From Bdellovibrionales bacterium (GTDB lineage: Bacteria; Bdellovibrionota; Bdellovibrionia; Bdellovibrionales; UBA1609): a stretch of 64,000 nt of DNA. The stretch's first letter is position 1. Every line of letters starts with the position of its first letter. The position numbers were made by a program, and so were the translations under genes. The notes beneath the pieces are model-generated. The model saw only the letters and a program-made list of their open reading frames with translations. It was not told the DNA's origin and searched no databases. This document shows, one piece after another, positions 10,421 through 19,420 of this stretch. Location: positions 832,001-896,000 of the forward strand of contig OZ241877.1 of the NCBI GenBank assembly GCA_965203095.1, written 5' to 3'.

Positions 10421-11281
10421 CTACAAATGACTTCGATAGCGAGGGTTCATAATAAAAATCACAAACCGAGCACTCAAGTTAACTAAAAAAACAAAAGAAA
10501 TCAATACCAAAGCTCCCCCCCAAGCCATAGCTTCTAAATCGGCAAAGCCACTTTTTGAAAATTCGTAAATTTGAACGGGTAAAGAGGCTATAGGATCACT
10601 TAATTTTTTTGAAAAAAACGGATTGCCCAAAGCAGTAAACAAAAGAGGAGCTGTCTCTCCGGCAATGCGGGCTAAGGACAAGATCATCCCGCTCAACAGC
10701 ATAGTCATTGCTCCCGGGATCAGAATTTGAAGAATCACCCTCCACCGGGGCAATCCTAAAGCCAAACCCGCCTCCCGGATATGATAAGGTGTCATTTTTA
10801 AAATCTCTTCAGATGTTCGCCCGGCCATAGGAACAAAAATCAACAAAAGGGCCATTGTTCCAGCATAAGCCGAAAAACCAAAAAAAGCCACAATCAAGCT
10901 ATAAACAAAAATGCCTATGACAATAGAGGGGGCACTCAGGGACAGATCCACAACAAATCGCAAAACTTTTGACAGGGGGTGCGAGCGATACTCACTTAAA
11001 AAAATCCCTAAAGCCCCTCCCCAAGGCACCCCTAAAAGGGAAGCCATGCCCACCATTACAGCACTTCCCATAATCGCATTGGCTAAGCCCCCTCCAGATT
11101 GCCCCGGACCTTTTGGGATTTGAGTAAAAAAATCCCAGCTAAGGGCTGTCCATCCCTTTTCCAAAACAAAGTAAGCAATATAAAAAAAAGGCAGAGTGGC
11201 TAAACAGGACAAAATCAATATCAAAAAGAGCATGACTTTGCTGTAAAACTTTCTCAACACATAATAAACAGATAAAAACAT
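10421..11281 (-). CDS. pstA: Phosphate ABC transporter permease
   Basis: GGGLANAIMGS, PSIVIG, ARIAGETAPLL. Confidence 0.95.
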   Translation of the reverse strand: MFLSVYYVLRKFYSKVMLFLILILSCLATLPFFYIAYFVLEKGWTALSWDFFTQIPKGPGQSGGGLANAIMGSAVMVGMASLLGVPWGGALGIFLSEYRSHPLSKVLRFVVDLSLSAPSIVIGIFVYSLIVAFFGFSAYAGTMALLLIFVPMAGRTSEEILKMTPYHIREAGLALGLPRWRVILQILIPGAMTMLLSGMILSLARIAGETAPLLFTALGNPFFSKKLSDPIASLPVQIYEFSKSGFADLEAMAWGGALVLISFVFLVNLSARFVIFIMNPRYRSHL

Positions 11282-11284
11282 AGC

Positions 11285-12235
11285 TTAACCTTTAAATTGC
11301 TTTTTCATTCTCCATACAAGAAAAATAGCCAAACTGTTAAACAGTAAAGAGACCATAAACAAAGTGAAACCCACAGCCGTTAAGGAGGAGAGATGAAGGC
11401 GGGTGTCCGCCTCTGCATACTGTGTCGCCAAAACACTGGCCATAGTTTGTGAAGGGGCAAATAAAGAGGCACTCAGATCCACTTTGTTCCCTATAACCAT
11501 TGTGACGGCCATGGTTTCGCCAAAGGCTCTTCCAAAACCCAGGACCACAGCTCCCACAATGCCAGAGCAACCTCCGCCCAAAATAGCCACTTTAAACATT
11601 TCCCAACGAGTAGCCCCTAAACTCAGTGCCGCTTCTTTGTTAGAGTGAGGGACGGCCCGAAATACCTCTTTGCAAATTGAGGAGATGGTGGGTGTGATCA
11701 TAATGGCTAAAATCAGCCCCGCACACATCATGCCGATCCCATAGTAGGGGCCAGAAAATAAAGGCAAATGCCCTATATGCTCAGAGAGAAAAGGCTGGAC
11801 AGACTTTCTTAAAAAAGGGGCTAAAATAAAAACCCCCCAAAGGCCATACACAATGGAAGGGATAGCGGCCAGCATTTCCACAATAAAACCTAAAGGGACA
11901 GAAATCCAGCGAGGGGCCAACTCATTTAAAAACAAAGCAAAAGCCACACTCACAGGCACAGCAATTAACAAAGCCAAAAGGGAGCTAATAGTTGTGCCAT
12001 AAATTAGGGATAAAGCCCCGAACTCCTGTTTCCAGCTATTCCAAACCGGTTGGATAAAAAAGGAGAGTCCAAATTTTGAAAAGGCCGGCCAGCTGTTTAT
12101 AAATATTACAACTGCCATAGAGAAAAACAAAACAATAAAAGCCAATGCCAGAGCTTGAACAGCAAGAGAAAACAGCTTGTCCCCAGAATAGGTAAGTGAT
12201 TTATTCAACTCAAGGGCCTCATTGTTTTTGCTCAA
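11285..12235 (-). CDS. pstC: Phosphate ABC transporter permease
   Basis: LAAIPSIVYGLWG, GRAFGETMAVTMVIGN. Confidence 0.95.
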   Translation of the reverse strand: MSKNNEALELNKSLTYSGDKLFSLAVQALALAFIVLFFSMAVVIFINSWPAFSKFGLSFFIQPVWNSWKQEFGALSLIYGTTISSLLALLIAVPVSVAFALFLNELAPRWISVPLGFIVEMLAAIPSIVYGLWGVFILAPFLRKSVQPFLSEHIGHLPLFSGPYYGIGMMCAGLILAIMITPTISSICKEVFRAVPHSNKEAALSLGATRWEMFKVAILGGGCSGIVGAVVLGFGRAFGETMAVTMVIGNKVDLSASLFAPSQTMASVLATQYAEADTRLHLSSLTAVGFTLFMVSLLFNSLAIFLVWRMKKQFKG

Positions 12236-13271
12236 ACTCTACTTGAGATAAAGTTTTGAGTGCAGATTCCGCCACTGTCTTAGGTAAGGATACAAAATGA
12301 AGAGGCTCAGCAAATTCTTGCCCTGGCCCTAAAGCCCACTTTAAAAAATTCAGTAATGCCTCCCCTTTTTGTTTTGGCATTTTTTTAGAAATGATAATAT
12401 AGGTGAAGCCGGAGAGAGGGTAAGCCCCCTTCCCCTCAATGTTAATTAGGGAACTGATATGGCTTTTTTGGCTTTTCATAGCTTGCTTGGCCGCCCATTG
12501 GATGGATTCCAAAGTGGGTTTTACCCATTGGCCAGATTTGTTTTTTATTACCGCTTGCGGGAGCTTTTGTGAAACCGCATAGCTGGCACCGATATAGGCT
12601 ATGGCTCCCTCAATTTTATTTACCAAGCCCATAATGCCCTCATTGCCTTTGCCTCCCACACCTACTGGCCAAGGGACAGACTTCCCCTTACCGATTTTTT
12701 GGACAAAGCTTTTGTCAGATTGAGCCAAGTAATCAGTCCAAAAACTGGTCGTCCCGCTGGCATCAGCCCTATAAACGACAACAATGTCCTGTTGGGGAAG
12801 GGGTAGATCGGGGTTGAGTTTTTTGATTTGAGGATTGTTCCAAAGTTTAATTTCCCCTTGAAAAATTTGAGAGAGAGTCCAGCCATCCAAGTGAAGGCTT
12901 GTTCCCTTACCTATAGGAAGATTATAAGTGACAGCCACAGCTCCTAAAGCTGTGGGAATATGAAGAATCTCTTTTTGACTGTTAGCCGTTTCTTCCTTAG
13001 GCACGGGGACATCTGTTCCGCCAAAATCCAAAGTTCCTGTAAGAAATTGACGGATCCCCCCTCCACTGCCAATGGATTGATAGTTGATAAATACTGAGGG
13101 ATCAATTTTTCGATATTCTGAAAGCCATCGAGAATATAAAATATAGGGGAAGGAGGCTCCTGCACCGTTAATAAGCAATTCCTCTGACTTTTTTTTAAAA
13201 AAGCAGGCATTCAAGCTCAAGTAGGATAAAAATAGGAGAAGAAAAGAGCTTTTTAAAATGAGGGTCTTCAT
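12219..13271 (-). CDS. pstS: Phosphate-binding lipoprotein
   Basis: Lipobox LNAC, GAGASFP, YQSIGSGGG, RADASGTT, GGKGNEG. Confidence 0.95.
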   Translation of the reverse strand: MKTLILKSSFLLLFLSYLSLNACFFKKKSEELLINGAGASFPYILYSRWLSEYRKIDPSVFINYQSIGSGGGIRQFLTGTLDFGGTDVPVPKEETANSQKEILHIPTALGAVAVTYNLPIGKGTSLHLDGWTLSQIFQGEIKLWNNPQIKKLNPDLPLPQQDIVVVYRADASGTTSFWTDYLAQSDKSFVQKIGKGKSVPWPVGVGGKGNEGIMGLVNKIEGAIAYIGASYAVSQKLPQAVIKNKSGQWVKPTLESIQWAAKQAMKSQKSHISSLINIEGKGAYPLSGFTYIIISKKMPKQKGEALLNFLKWALGPGQEFAEPLHFVSLPKTVAESALKTLSQVEFEQKQ

Positions 13272-13459
13272 CCTTTTCTCTATTTTTTAAAAAAGAAATG
13301 TTCCACCTGATTTGTGACTTACTTTACAGGCCAGCCTTTGTCCATACATTTTTTTAAATTCATAGCACTTTATTTGAGACGGCTTTTTTAGTTGGTTTTT
13401 GCCCTCATTTCAATCCCTTTTCCGCATGTGCACTGGATATTAAACTGGAAAATCAGCCT

Positions 13460-13576
13460 TTCCTGTAAATGTTCAGTATTTCACTGACAGAATTTATTTA
13501 AGTTTCTTTGCCTAAAGGTCCGTCCCATTTCGGGACGGCAATACCTTGGACCCTTATGGGACGGCCTTTAGGCAAA
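13460..13576 (-). repeat. Hairpin element family 1, copy B (hairpin 13507-13576, loop on the minus strand)
   Basis: Reverse complement of the 27-nt loop inside TTTGCCTAAAGG.CCGTCCCAT arms; 13460-13493 matches 725-758 at 33/34. Confidence 0.9.
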
Positions 13577-13608
13577 AACACATAGACTTTCTCAGCTTGC
13601 CCTTGCTA

Positions 13609-13702
13609 AGTTTGCCAAAAAGTTCCCCAAACTTTTTGGCTCCCGTGAAAACGGGAATCCAGAAAAGCCGGTTTTTGTGAAAACAGGGGTTCTTCCCGCA
13701 AA
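13609..13702 (+). repeat. Palindromic element family 2 (TCCCG-N-CGGGAATCC, dRS3/RPE-like), upstream of protease cassette 1
   Basis: Homologous to the reverse complement of 41070-41162. Confidence 0.85.
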
Positions 13703-13735
13703 GCACCTATTTTTATGCCATAAAGGATTTTTTTC

Positions 13736-13763
13736 TACAGTTTTTTAGCCTTTCTGACGATAA
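13736..13763 (+). promoter_or_regulatory. Putative sigma28/FliA promoter
   Basis: TACA-N16-GACGATAA; same spacing as three other candidates in the window. Confidence 0.5.
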
Positions 13764-13824
13764 AGTATTACAGCCCTTTTAAAATTGTGTGTTGTTTTAT
13801 CTCATTTTAAATAAGGAAGGCTTT

Positions 13825-16800
13825 ATGCCCCTTGGTTTTTTGCTTTTTCTTTTTTTTGCCTCTTCCGCCCTTCCTGAAAATGCAAAAATCCCTAAAGCCT
13901 CTTTAAATGAACTAAGCCTTCAAGTGGCAGGGCAAACTCAAAAAACTCTTACAAAAAGTCTTAGCCAGTATATCGCAAAAGCTCTTAAGCCAAAATTAAG
14001 GAAAAGGCTTTATGCTCAGGCAGAAAATCCTCCTGGCAGTTCACCTTTTTTTGAAAAAAGACTTCATCACAAAACACAAACAAATCCCTCTCCCCCCTGC
14101 CATATCAATAGGGAATGTTTAAATCAGTTGCACAATAAGCTCTTAAACAAAAAGGATGAAGATAGCATACATTTTAACTGCCAATGGGCTTATAGGAACA
14201 ATCATCTCTGTTGTAAGGACCCTACGGGCTGTTTCCTCTCTTATGCTACAGATGAGATTAAAGAGGAGTTAGATGATAAGCTCAAGACTCTTGTTGTATC
14301 TCAAGCTTGCTCTCAGGAGGGGATTTCTTCTTTAAACTCTTTTTTGTCTGACTTTCAGGGGGATTTTTGCGAAAAGGGAGTTCGGCATTGTAAAGAGTTT
14401 TGTGAGCATACACTTAGGGATTTTCAGCAAAGTTTTAGGGCTTGTTTTTCCATAAAAAAATCGGTTTCTATAGATGAGGCATTGAGGAGAGCCAGGCAAG
14501 ATCCCTTATGTCACAGGGAAATGAGCAAAGTATCTCAAATTTATAAAGAATTGAGTTTTGATTCTTTGAGTGGTTTTTATAAAAATTTGAAGTGGGAGTC
14601 TTTGTTGAGTTTTCGTGAGGATCTTTCGTTTGAGGATTTTGTGGATTGTGAGCGGGTGAGGGAGGGGAAGGGGGATGAGAGTTTTAAAAGCTCAGCTTTT
14701 TCTATGTGTCAGATGGCAGGAACTATAGAATCAGGAAGGAAACTTCTTGCAAGGGCTAAGGCAAACAGGGAAGGTTCAGAGGAGGAGGAAAACTCAGAGG
14801 AAAACTCAAATGATGAAGATTCTCATCCTGTGAGTGCTACTAGTGGAAATTTTGCGGGCGGAGTTTATCAGCCTTCGGCTTTAGTTCCTACTCCTACAAA
14901 AATTTTTCCTGATGAAGGAAAAGGCTTGCTGGAAGAAGACAAAAAGGATTTGAGTAGGAGAGAGCTTTCCTCTGTAAAAGAACCTTCATTAAAAGAACCT
15001 TTACTTAAAAGCCCAGCAAGTTCTGTTTTAGAAAAAGGCTTATCTTCTACAAAAGCTATAGTGGGAAAAACCCAAGAAAGCTCTCAATCAAATCCTCAAT
15101 CTATTAAAAATCCTCAATCTATTAACAAGGCCAAAGCTCCTTTTCCCCCTCAAGCTGTTAATTCACTGGGATCAGGGGCAAAAATTCCTGAAGGAGCTTA
15201 TAAAGCCCCCTCTTATGAAGATTATTTAGGAGGGAGGTCCCCTTCTTCAAAAATATCTTCTTCAGAAAAGGCGTGGAGAGAATTGTTTGAAGACTCTCCC
15301 CTATCTAAAGAACCCCAAGGTTTTTTTGAAAAAACAGAGGATTTTTGGTTTCATTTTGTTGGGAAACCCCGTCAATACTTCAGTAAGTTGTGGTTTTCTA
15401 AGCTTAGGGGTGGCCCACAAGTGGTCTATCAGATGCTGTTTCAATCGGTATCAGCCCCTCAATTAGAGCCTTTGTTTGTTCAGGAACATCAAAAGTATCT
15501 TCCTCAACCTGTTTTTAAAAGCTATGATCTTCTGAGAGGAAAACCCGCTGGTCTTTTAGTTGAAATCAAATACAAATTGCCCAAGCTTTGTCTTCAGTTG
15601 AGAGGTCCTAAAAAATGTTTCCCAAAAAGAGAGTTTAAGTTAAAATTACAGGTTAAAGAGGATAAAAATATTCCTACCTTTTGCCATTCTGTAAGTAAAG
15701 AGGAAGGGAGGCTTGTAATAGAGGCGGATGATAAAAATGAAGAGCCTTGTTTTTTTAATAGTGAGGAGTTTTTTTCATCAAGGGATTCTCATAAGGTTCA
15801 TAAAAATTCCTCTCAAGATTTTTTTGAAGGCTCAGTTTTTAAGTTGATAGAGTTTCCCACAAGATTTATAGAGCCTGTGGATTTGAAGGAGTATATTGAT
15901 ATTGGTGAGCTGACAAACATTAGTTATCCTTTCAATGTTTTGCTTTCTTTTTCTGGTTTTAATGATCGGGTAGTGAAGGATATTGATGGTGAAAATTCCC
16001 ATGTTCCGGTTCGTATAAACATTGTGGAGTTGAAAAAGGCTTTTTTGCCAGATATGTCTATTCTTCGGTCGATGAGGAATGGGGAAAGAGCTACTCCGGG
16101 GAAGTCTATTTTAAAGCTATTTCGTGCAAGGGAGAAAGAAATCATTTTGCCCAATATGTCTGTTTTAGAAAACAGAGTATCTTGGAAGAAGGGCTTAGGG
16201 AATTGTGAAGATAATGTTGAGGCTTATTTTAAGACAAAGCTTTCGTCCGCAAATATTTTTTGCGTCAATGCTTTAGATCTTTTGCCGTTAAAAATAGGCT
16301 GGACGAGGATTAAAGGAGCTGAAGGAGTTGAGAAAATTGTAGGGGTTAAAGGAACTAAAGAGGCCGAAAGGATTAAAAGAGCAGAGGAAAATCATAAAAG
16401 ATGCATTTTAAGTGAGGAGGAAGCCGAGATAAATGCCAAAATCCCAAACTGGGGGGAAAGCAGTAAAAATGGCTATAAAATGACAGATTTGGAAAAAGTT
16501 CAAGCCTTTGCTTCTTCAGAGGAGATAAGAATTTTTGTGCCCACAGTGTTTCCCATTGCGGAGATCAGCTCAGAGGTTTTAAGGACTACAGTAGGTAAAG
16601 ATTTTGTTATTGGGAGTTGTGATACTTATACAACAGCTCAAGAATATTCGTCTTTTCAAAAAGATTCTGTTCCCGATTTAGATTTTTGCCGGGAGATTTA
16701 TGTTCATCCTAAACTTTATCATCGTTATCAAACTTATGGTTTGTTAAATGACCTTCAACTTTTAGAGGATGAAAGATTTAAAGGCGATTTTAGCAAACTT

Positions 16801-17004
16801 ATTGTTGTGGTTCCAAGGGATTATTTTGTCTACCATGGTATTCAAAGGGAGGGGGAGCATGAACCAGAAGTTTATGGCTGGACCCCTTTGCCTCATTTTA
16901 AACAGACGACTGGGGGGGTATTTGTCCTATTCTGGTTGGGGTTTTCTTGGAGGAATTACTTTTATTCGGGAGGATCAGTTGGATCGAGGGGTTTTAAGCC
17001 ATGA
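13825..17004 (+). CDS. Giant secreted Cys-rich metalloprotease-like protein, N-terminal part (frameshifted at G7 16912-16918)
   Basis: SD AAGGAAGG before ATG 13825, signal peptide, CCxDPxxC domain; paralogous to 37856-41017 (QSVxAPQ.EP, YDLxxGKPAG). Confidence 0.8.
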   Translation: MPLGFLLFLFFASSALPENAKIPKASLNELSLQVAGQTQKTLTKSLSQYIAKALKPKLRKRLYAQAENPPGSSPFFEKRLHHKTQTNPSPPCHINRECLNQLHNKLLNKKDEDSIHFNCQWAYRNNHLCCKDPTGCFLSYATDEIKEELDDKLKTLVVSQACSQEGISSLNSFLSDFQGDFCEKGVRHCKEFCEHTLRDFQQSFRACFSIKKSVSIDEALRRARQDPLCHREMSKVSQIYKELSFDSLSGFYKNLKWESLLSFREDLSFEDFVDCERVREGKGDESFKSSAFSMCQMAGTIESGRKLLARAKANREGSEEEENSEENSNDEDSHPVSATSGNFAGGVYQPSALVPTPTKIFPDEGKGLLEEDKKDLSRRELSSVKEPSLKEPLLKSPASSVLEKGLSSTKAIVGKTQESSQSNPQSIKNPQSINKAKAPFPPQAVNSLGSGAKIPEGAYKAPSYEDYLGGRSPSSKISSSEKAWRELFEDSPLSKEPQGFFEKTEDFWFHFVGKPRQYFSKLWFSKLRGGPQVVYQMLFQSVSAPQLEPLFVQEHQKYLPQPVFKSYDLLRGKPAGLLVEIKYKLPKLCLQLRGPKKCFPKREFKLKLQVKEDKNIPTFCHSVSKEEGRLVIEADDKNEEPCFFNSEEFFSSRDSHKVHKNSSQDFFEGSVFKLIEFPTRFIEPVDLKEYIDIGELTNISYPFNVLLSFSGFNDRVVKDIDGENSHVPVRINIVELKKAFLPDMSILRSMRNGERATPGKSILKLFRAREKEIILPNMSVLENRVSWKKGLGNCEDNVEAYFKTKLSSANIFCVNALDLLPLKIGWTRIKGAEGVEKIVGVKGTKEAERIKRAEENHKRCILSEEEAEINAKIPNWGESSKNGYKMTDLEKVQAFASSEEIRIFVPTVFPIAEISSEVLRTTVGKDFVIGSCDTYTTAQEYSSFQKDSVPDLDFCREIYVHPKLYHRYQTYGLLNDLQLLEDERFKGDFSKLIVVVPRDYFVYHGIQREGEHEPEVYGWTPLPHFKQTTGGVFVLFWLGFSWRNYFYSGGSVGSRGFKP

Positions 17005-17740
17005 GTTGGCTCATCTTTTAGGCCAGCGGAGGGATTTTTATGATCAAGAGGGAAAGCAACAGCAAAAGTGCCGCAGGTTTTCCGGGGATGAGTTGATTCC
17101 TTGTGATGGATACAAAATCCCAAGGGCTTTAGAGGTTAAATTAGATAAGGAGAACAAACAAATTTGGCAATTTATAAGAAATAGATTCAGCATTATGGAC
17201 AATAAAAATGAGCCTGATATTGAAAATGTTTTAGAAATTTTATGGATAGATCGGGAGAGCCATCAGAGAGTGTTTTCACCTTACGCTAAAGTCAGTTCTG
17301 TTCTTTACGAGATTAAAAATTTTAGAAGCCATTTACCTAAAAAGAAGATTAAACCAAAAAAGCTTTTAGTTTCTGGTTTTTACGATAAGAAGAGGAATCG
17401 GTTTTTATCTCCTCAGTTGAGGGTTTTAGAGACGGACGGGATAACTCCTTCTTTATCTAAGGACTGGGATGTGAAGGAAGTGTCTTTAGTTTCATTTCAT
17501 GTAAAAAACAGGGAGGGCTCTCCTTTGCAGACGATTCGTCGTCCTGCTTTTGATGTGGAATCTCGGTTTCTTTATGAGGAGGGGAAGAGTAGAGAATGTG
17601 GTTCCAAGTCTTTTGGTTTATCGATGGTTTCAGCTATTTTTAATTTATCAAAGTTGAAGACGGAGGCAAAGGATCTCAAACTTTCGGTTTTTGGCCCGGA
17701 GGGGGAGGAAATTTTTTCCTCCTTCTTGCCTGAGGATTGA
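16769..17740 (+). CDS. C-terminal part of the same gene, carrying the HELAH zinc motif and Met-turn; real coding starts at about 16913
   Basis: FIREDQLDRGVLSHELAHLLGQRRDFY...SIMD aligns with FVREDQLNQGTVAHELAHTLGQGREFY...SIMN of the intact paralogue. Confidence 0.8.
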   Translation: MKDLKAILANLLLWFQGIILSTMVFKGRGSMNQKFMAGPLCLILNRRLGGYLSYSGWGFLGGITFIREDQLDRGVLSHELAHLLGQRRDFYDQEGKQQQKCRRFSGDELIPCDGYKIPRALEVKLDKENKQIWQFIRNRFSIMDNKNEPDIENVLEILWIDRESHQRVFSPYAKVSSVLYEIKNFRSHLPKKKIKPKKLLVSGFYDKKRNRFLSPQLRVLETDGITPSLSKDWDVKEVSLVSFHVKNREGSPLQTIRRPAFDVESRFLYEEGKSRECGSKSFGLSMVSAIFNLSKLKTEAKDLKLSVFGPEGEEIFSSFLPED

Positions 17741-17775
17741 CAAAATCCCATAAAATAGTTTATAGTTTTTTCATT

Positions 17776-18372
17776 ATGAAGTTCTTTTTTGTTTTATATT
17801 TATTATTTTTTTCTTCAAATGCTATGGCTTGGACCGGGTATTGGGAGAGAGCCACTCGTGGTCCTCTTCGTCAGATTGTGCTTTCTGGTTATTATGTCCC
17901 TGAAGATGAAAAGGAGTTCGAGAAGTCGGAGGAACATTATCGAACATGGGGCTACTTAGAAGAAGGGGAATCTTTTAAAGAAAGCTCACTTTATGGAGGA
18001 GAAGGAAAAGAGCGTTATGGGGGGAAGAGGAAGTATTGTCACAAAGAAACAGATCCTGATGATGAGGGCTATACGGTGATTTTTAATCCTAATTTAAGGG
18101 CAAGGCTTTATGATAAGGAGTGGAATCTTTTAACAGAGGATTATTTGAGGAGTTCTCAGCCGGAAATGTATACTCCATTTACTTGGAGAGTTAGATCTTA
18201 TGTTCCCTACCATCCGGAGGCTTATTATCTAAGAGTTGTAAGACTTGTTGAAAATAAGGAGGTTGCTGTTCTTAGAGAAACAAGAGTTAACACTTTAAAG
18301 TGGTTGAAAAGTGGAGGCAGTAGCTACCGGTATGATAAATTCTTAAAATGCTATCGTGTCTATCACATCTAA
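17776..18372 (+). CDS. Secreted partner protein 1 of the protease cassette (unknown function)
   Basis: Signal peptide MKFFFVLYLLFFSSNAMA; motifs LRARLYD..EDYLR and YVPYHPE..RVVRL shared with two paralogues. Confidence 0.8.
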   Translation: MKFFFVLYLLFFSSNAMAWTGYWERATRGPLRQIVLSGYYVPEDEKEFEKSEEHYRTWGYLEEGESFKESSLYGGEGKERYGGKRKYCHKETDPDDEGYTVIFNPNLRARLYDKEWNLLTEDYLRSSQPEMYTPFTWRVRSYVPYHPEAYYLRVVRLVENKEVAVLRETRVNTLKWLKSGGSSYRYDKFLKCYRVYHI

Positions 18373-18410
18373 CTCCCCTTTTTACTCCTAAAAAATTGTA
18401 GTTTTTGATT

Positions 18411-19047
18411 ATGAAGTTATTTTTTGTTTTCTACTTATTGCTTTTTTCTTTAAATGCTGAGGCTTGGAGAATGCCTTGGGAGAGGGAAGATCCCGGTCCC
18501 CTTCGTGAAATTAGGATTCGAGGTTCTTACACCCCTGAAGATGAAAGGGAGTTAAGGGAATTGAAGGAGTCGGAGGAGTATTACCGTGAAATTGGCTTTT
18601 TAGAGGAAAATGAGGCATTAAAAGATAAATACCCTTTTGTCAATTATCGATATGGAGAGGAGCGCTTTGGTTTTTCTAATAATTATACTGGGTTTAAGTA
18701 TTGCCATACAAAACTTCCGGAAAAGTGGAAATACAAGTTTACTGTGGATCCAAAATTAAGAGACCCGAATTTGAGCACTCCGGATTTAAGGGTCCGGCTT
18801 TATGATGGGAGGGGGAATTTTTTATCAGAGGATCGCTTACGAAGTGGAGAATATGAAATAGGTTCTCGTTTCACTTGGATTGTGGAAGCCTATTCCCTAT
18901 CATCCGGAAGCACGAAAAACAAGAGTTGTGAGATTAGAAGAGGGTAAGGAGATAGTTCTTCGGGAAAGAGGACTATACACTTTAGAGGAGCTTCGCTCTG
19001 AGAAGATCAGTATAGTGTATGATAATGTATGGGACTGTTATATGTAA
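18411..19047 (+). pseudogene. Secreted partner protein 2, frameshifted near 18894
   Basis: Paralogue of 17776-18372; homology continues in another frame as PYHPEARKTRVVRLEEGKEIVLRE...DCYM* to TAA 19047. Confidence 0.8.
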
Positions 19048-19420
19048 GGCCCATAATCCTTCCTAAACCCCACAGTTTTTAACATTATGAAATTGTTTTT
19101 TATTTGTGTGGCTGTTCCAAATTGAGAATAGGATTTAAGCTCATCTTGTATTGGCTTTAGATCTTTATCTTTTATAAAGACCATCTGTTGATCCATTTAA
19201 CAATTCGCTCCTGATAAATTGTTATTTCAAAGTGAAGGGTTTTTCCAATCCTGTGAGGCTACTTTTTACCATTTGACCCCCCTCTTAAAATGATTATCTA
19301 AGAGCAATTTAATCGATCATACCAGCCTCTGTCAAAAATTTTTACCATAAATCTTAAATTTTTTCATTAAACACTCTAAAAAAATATGTTAAACTCTAAA
19401 TCCAGAACCTTTGTGAAATT

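Noticed and set aside
13290..13345. Pho box upstream of pstS
   Set aside because: CTGTAA and GTCAC half-sites lack the 11-bp periodicity; cannot be supported
13789..19047. Diversity-generating retroelement or prophage as an explanation for the cassette
   Set aside because: No reverse transcriptase, template/variable repeat pair, integrase or phage genes seen in the window
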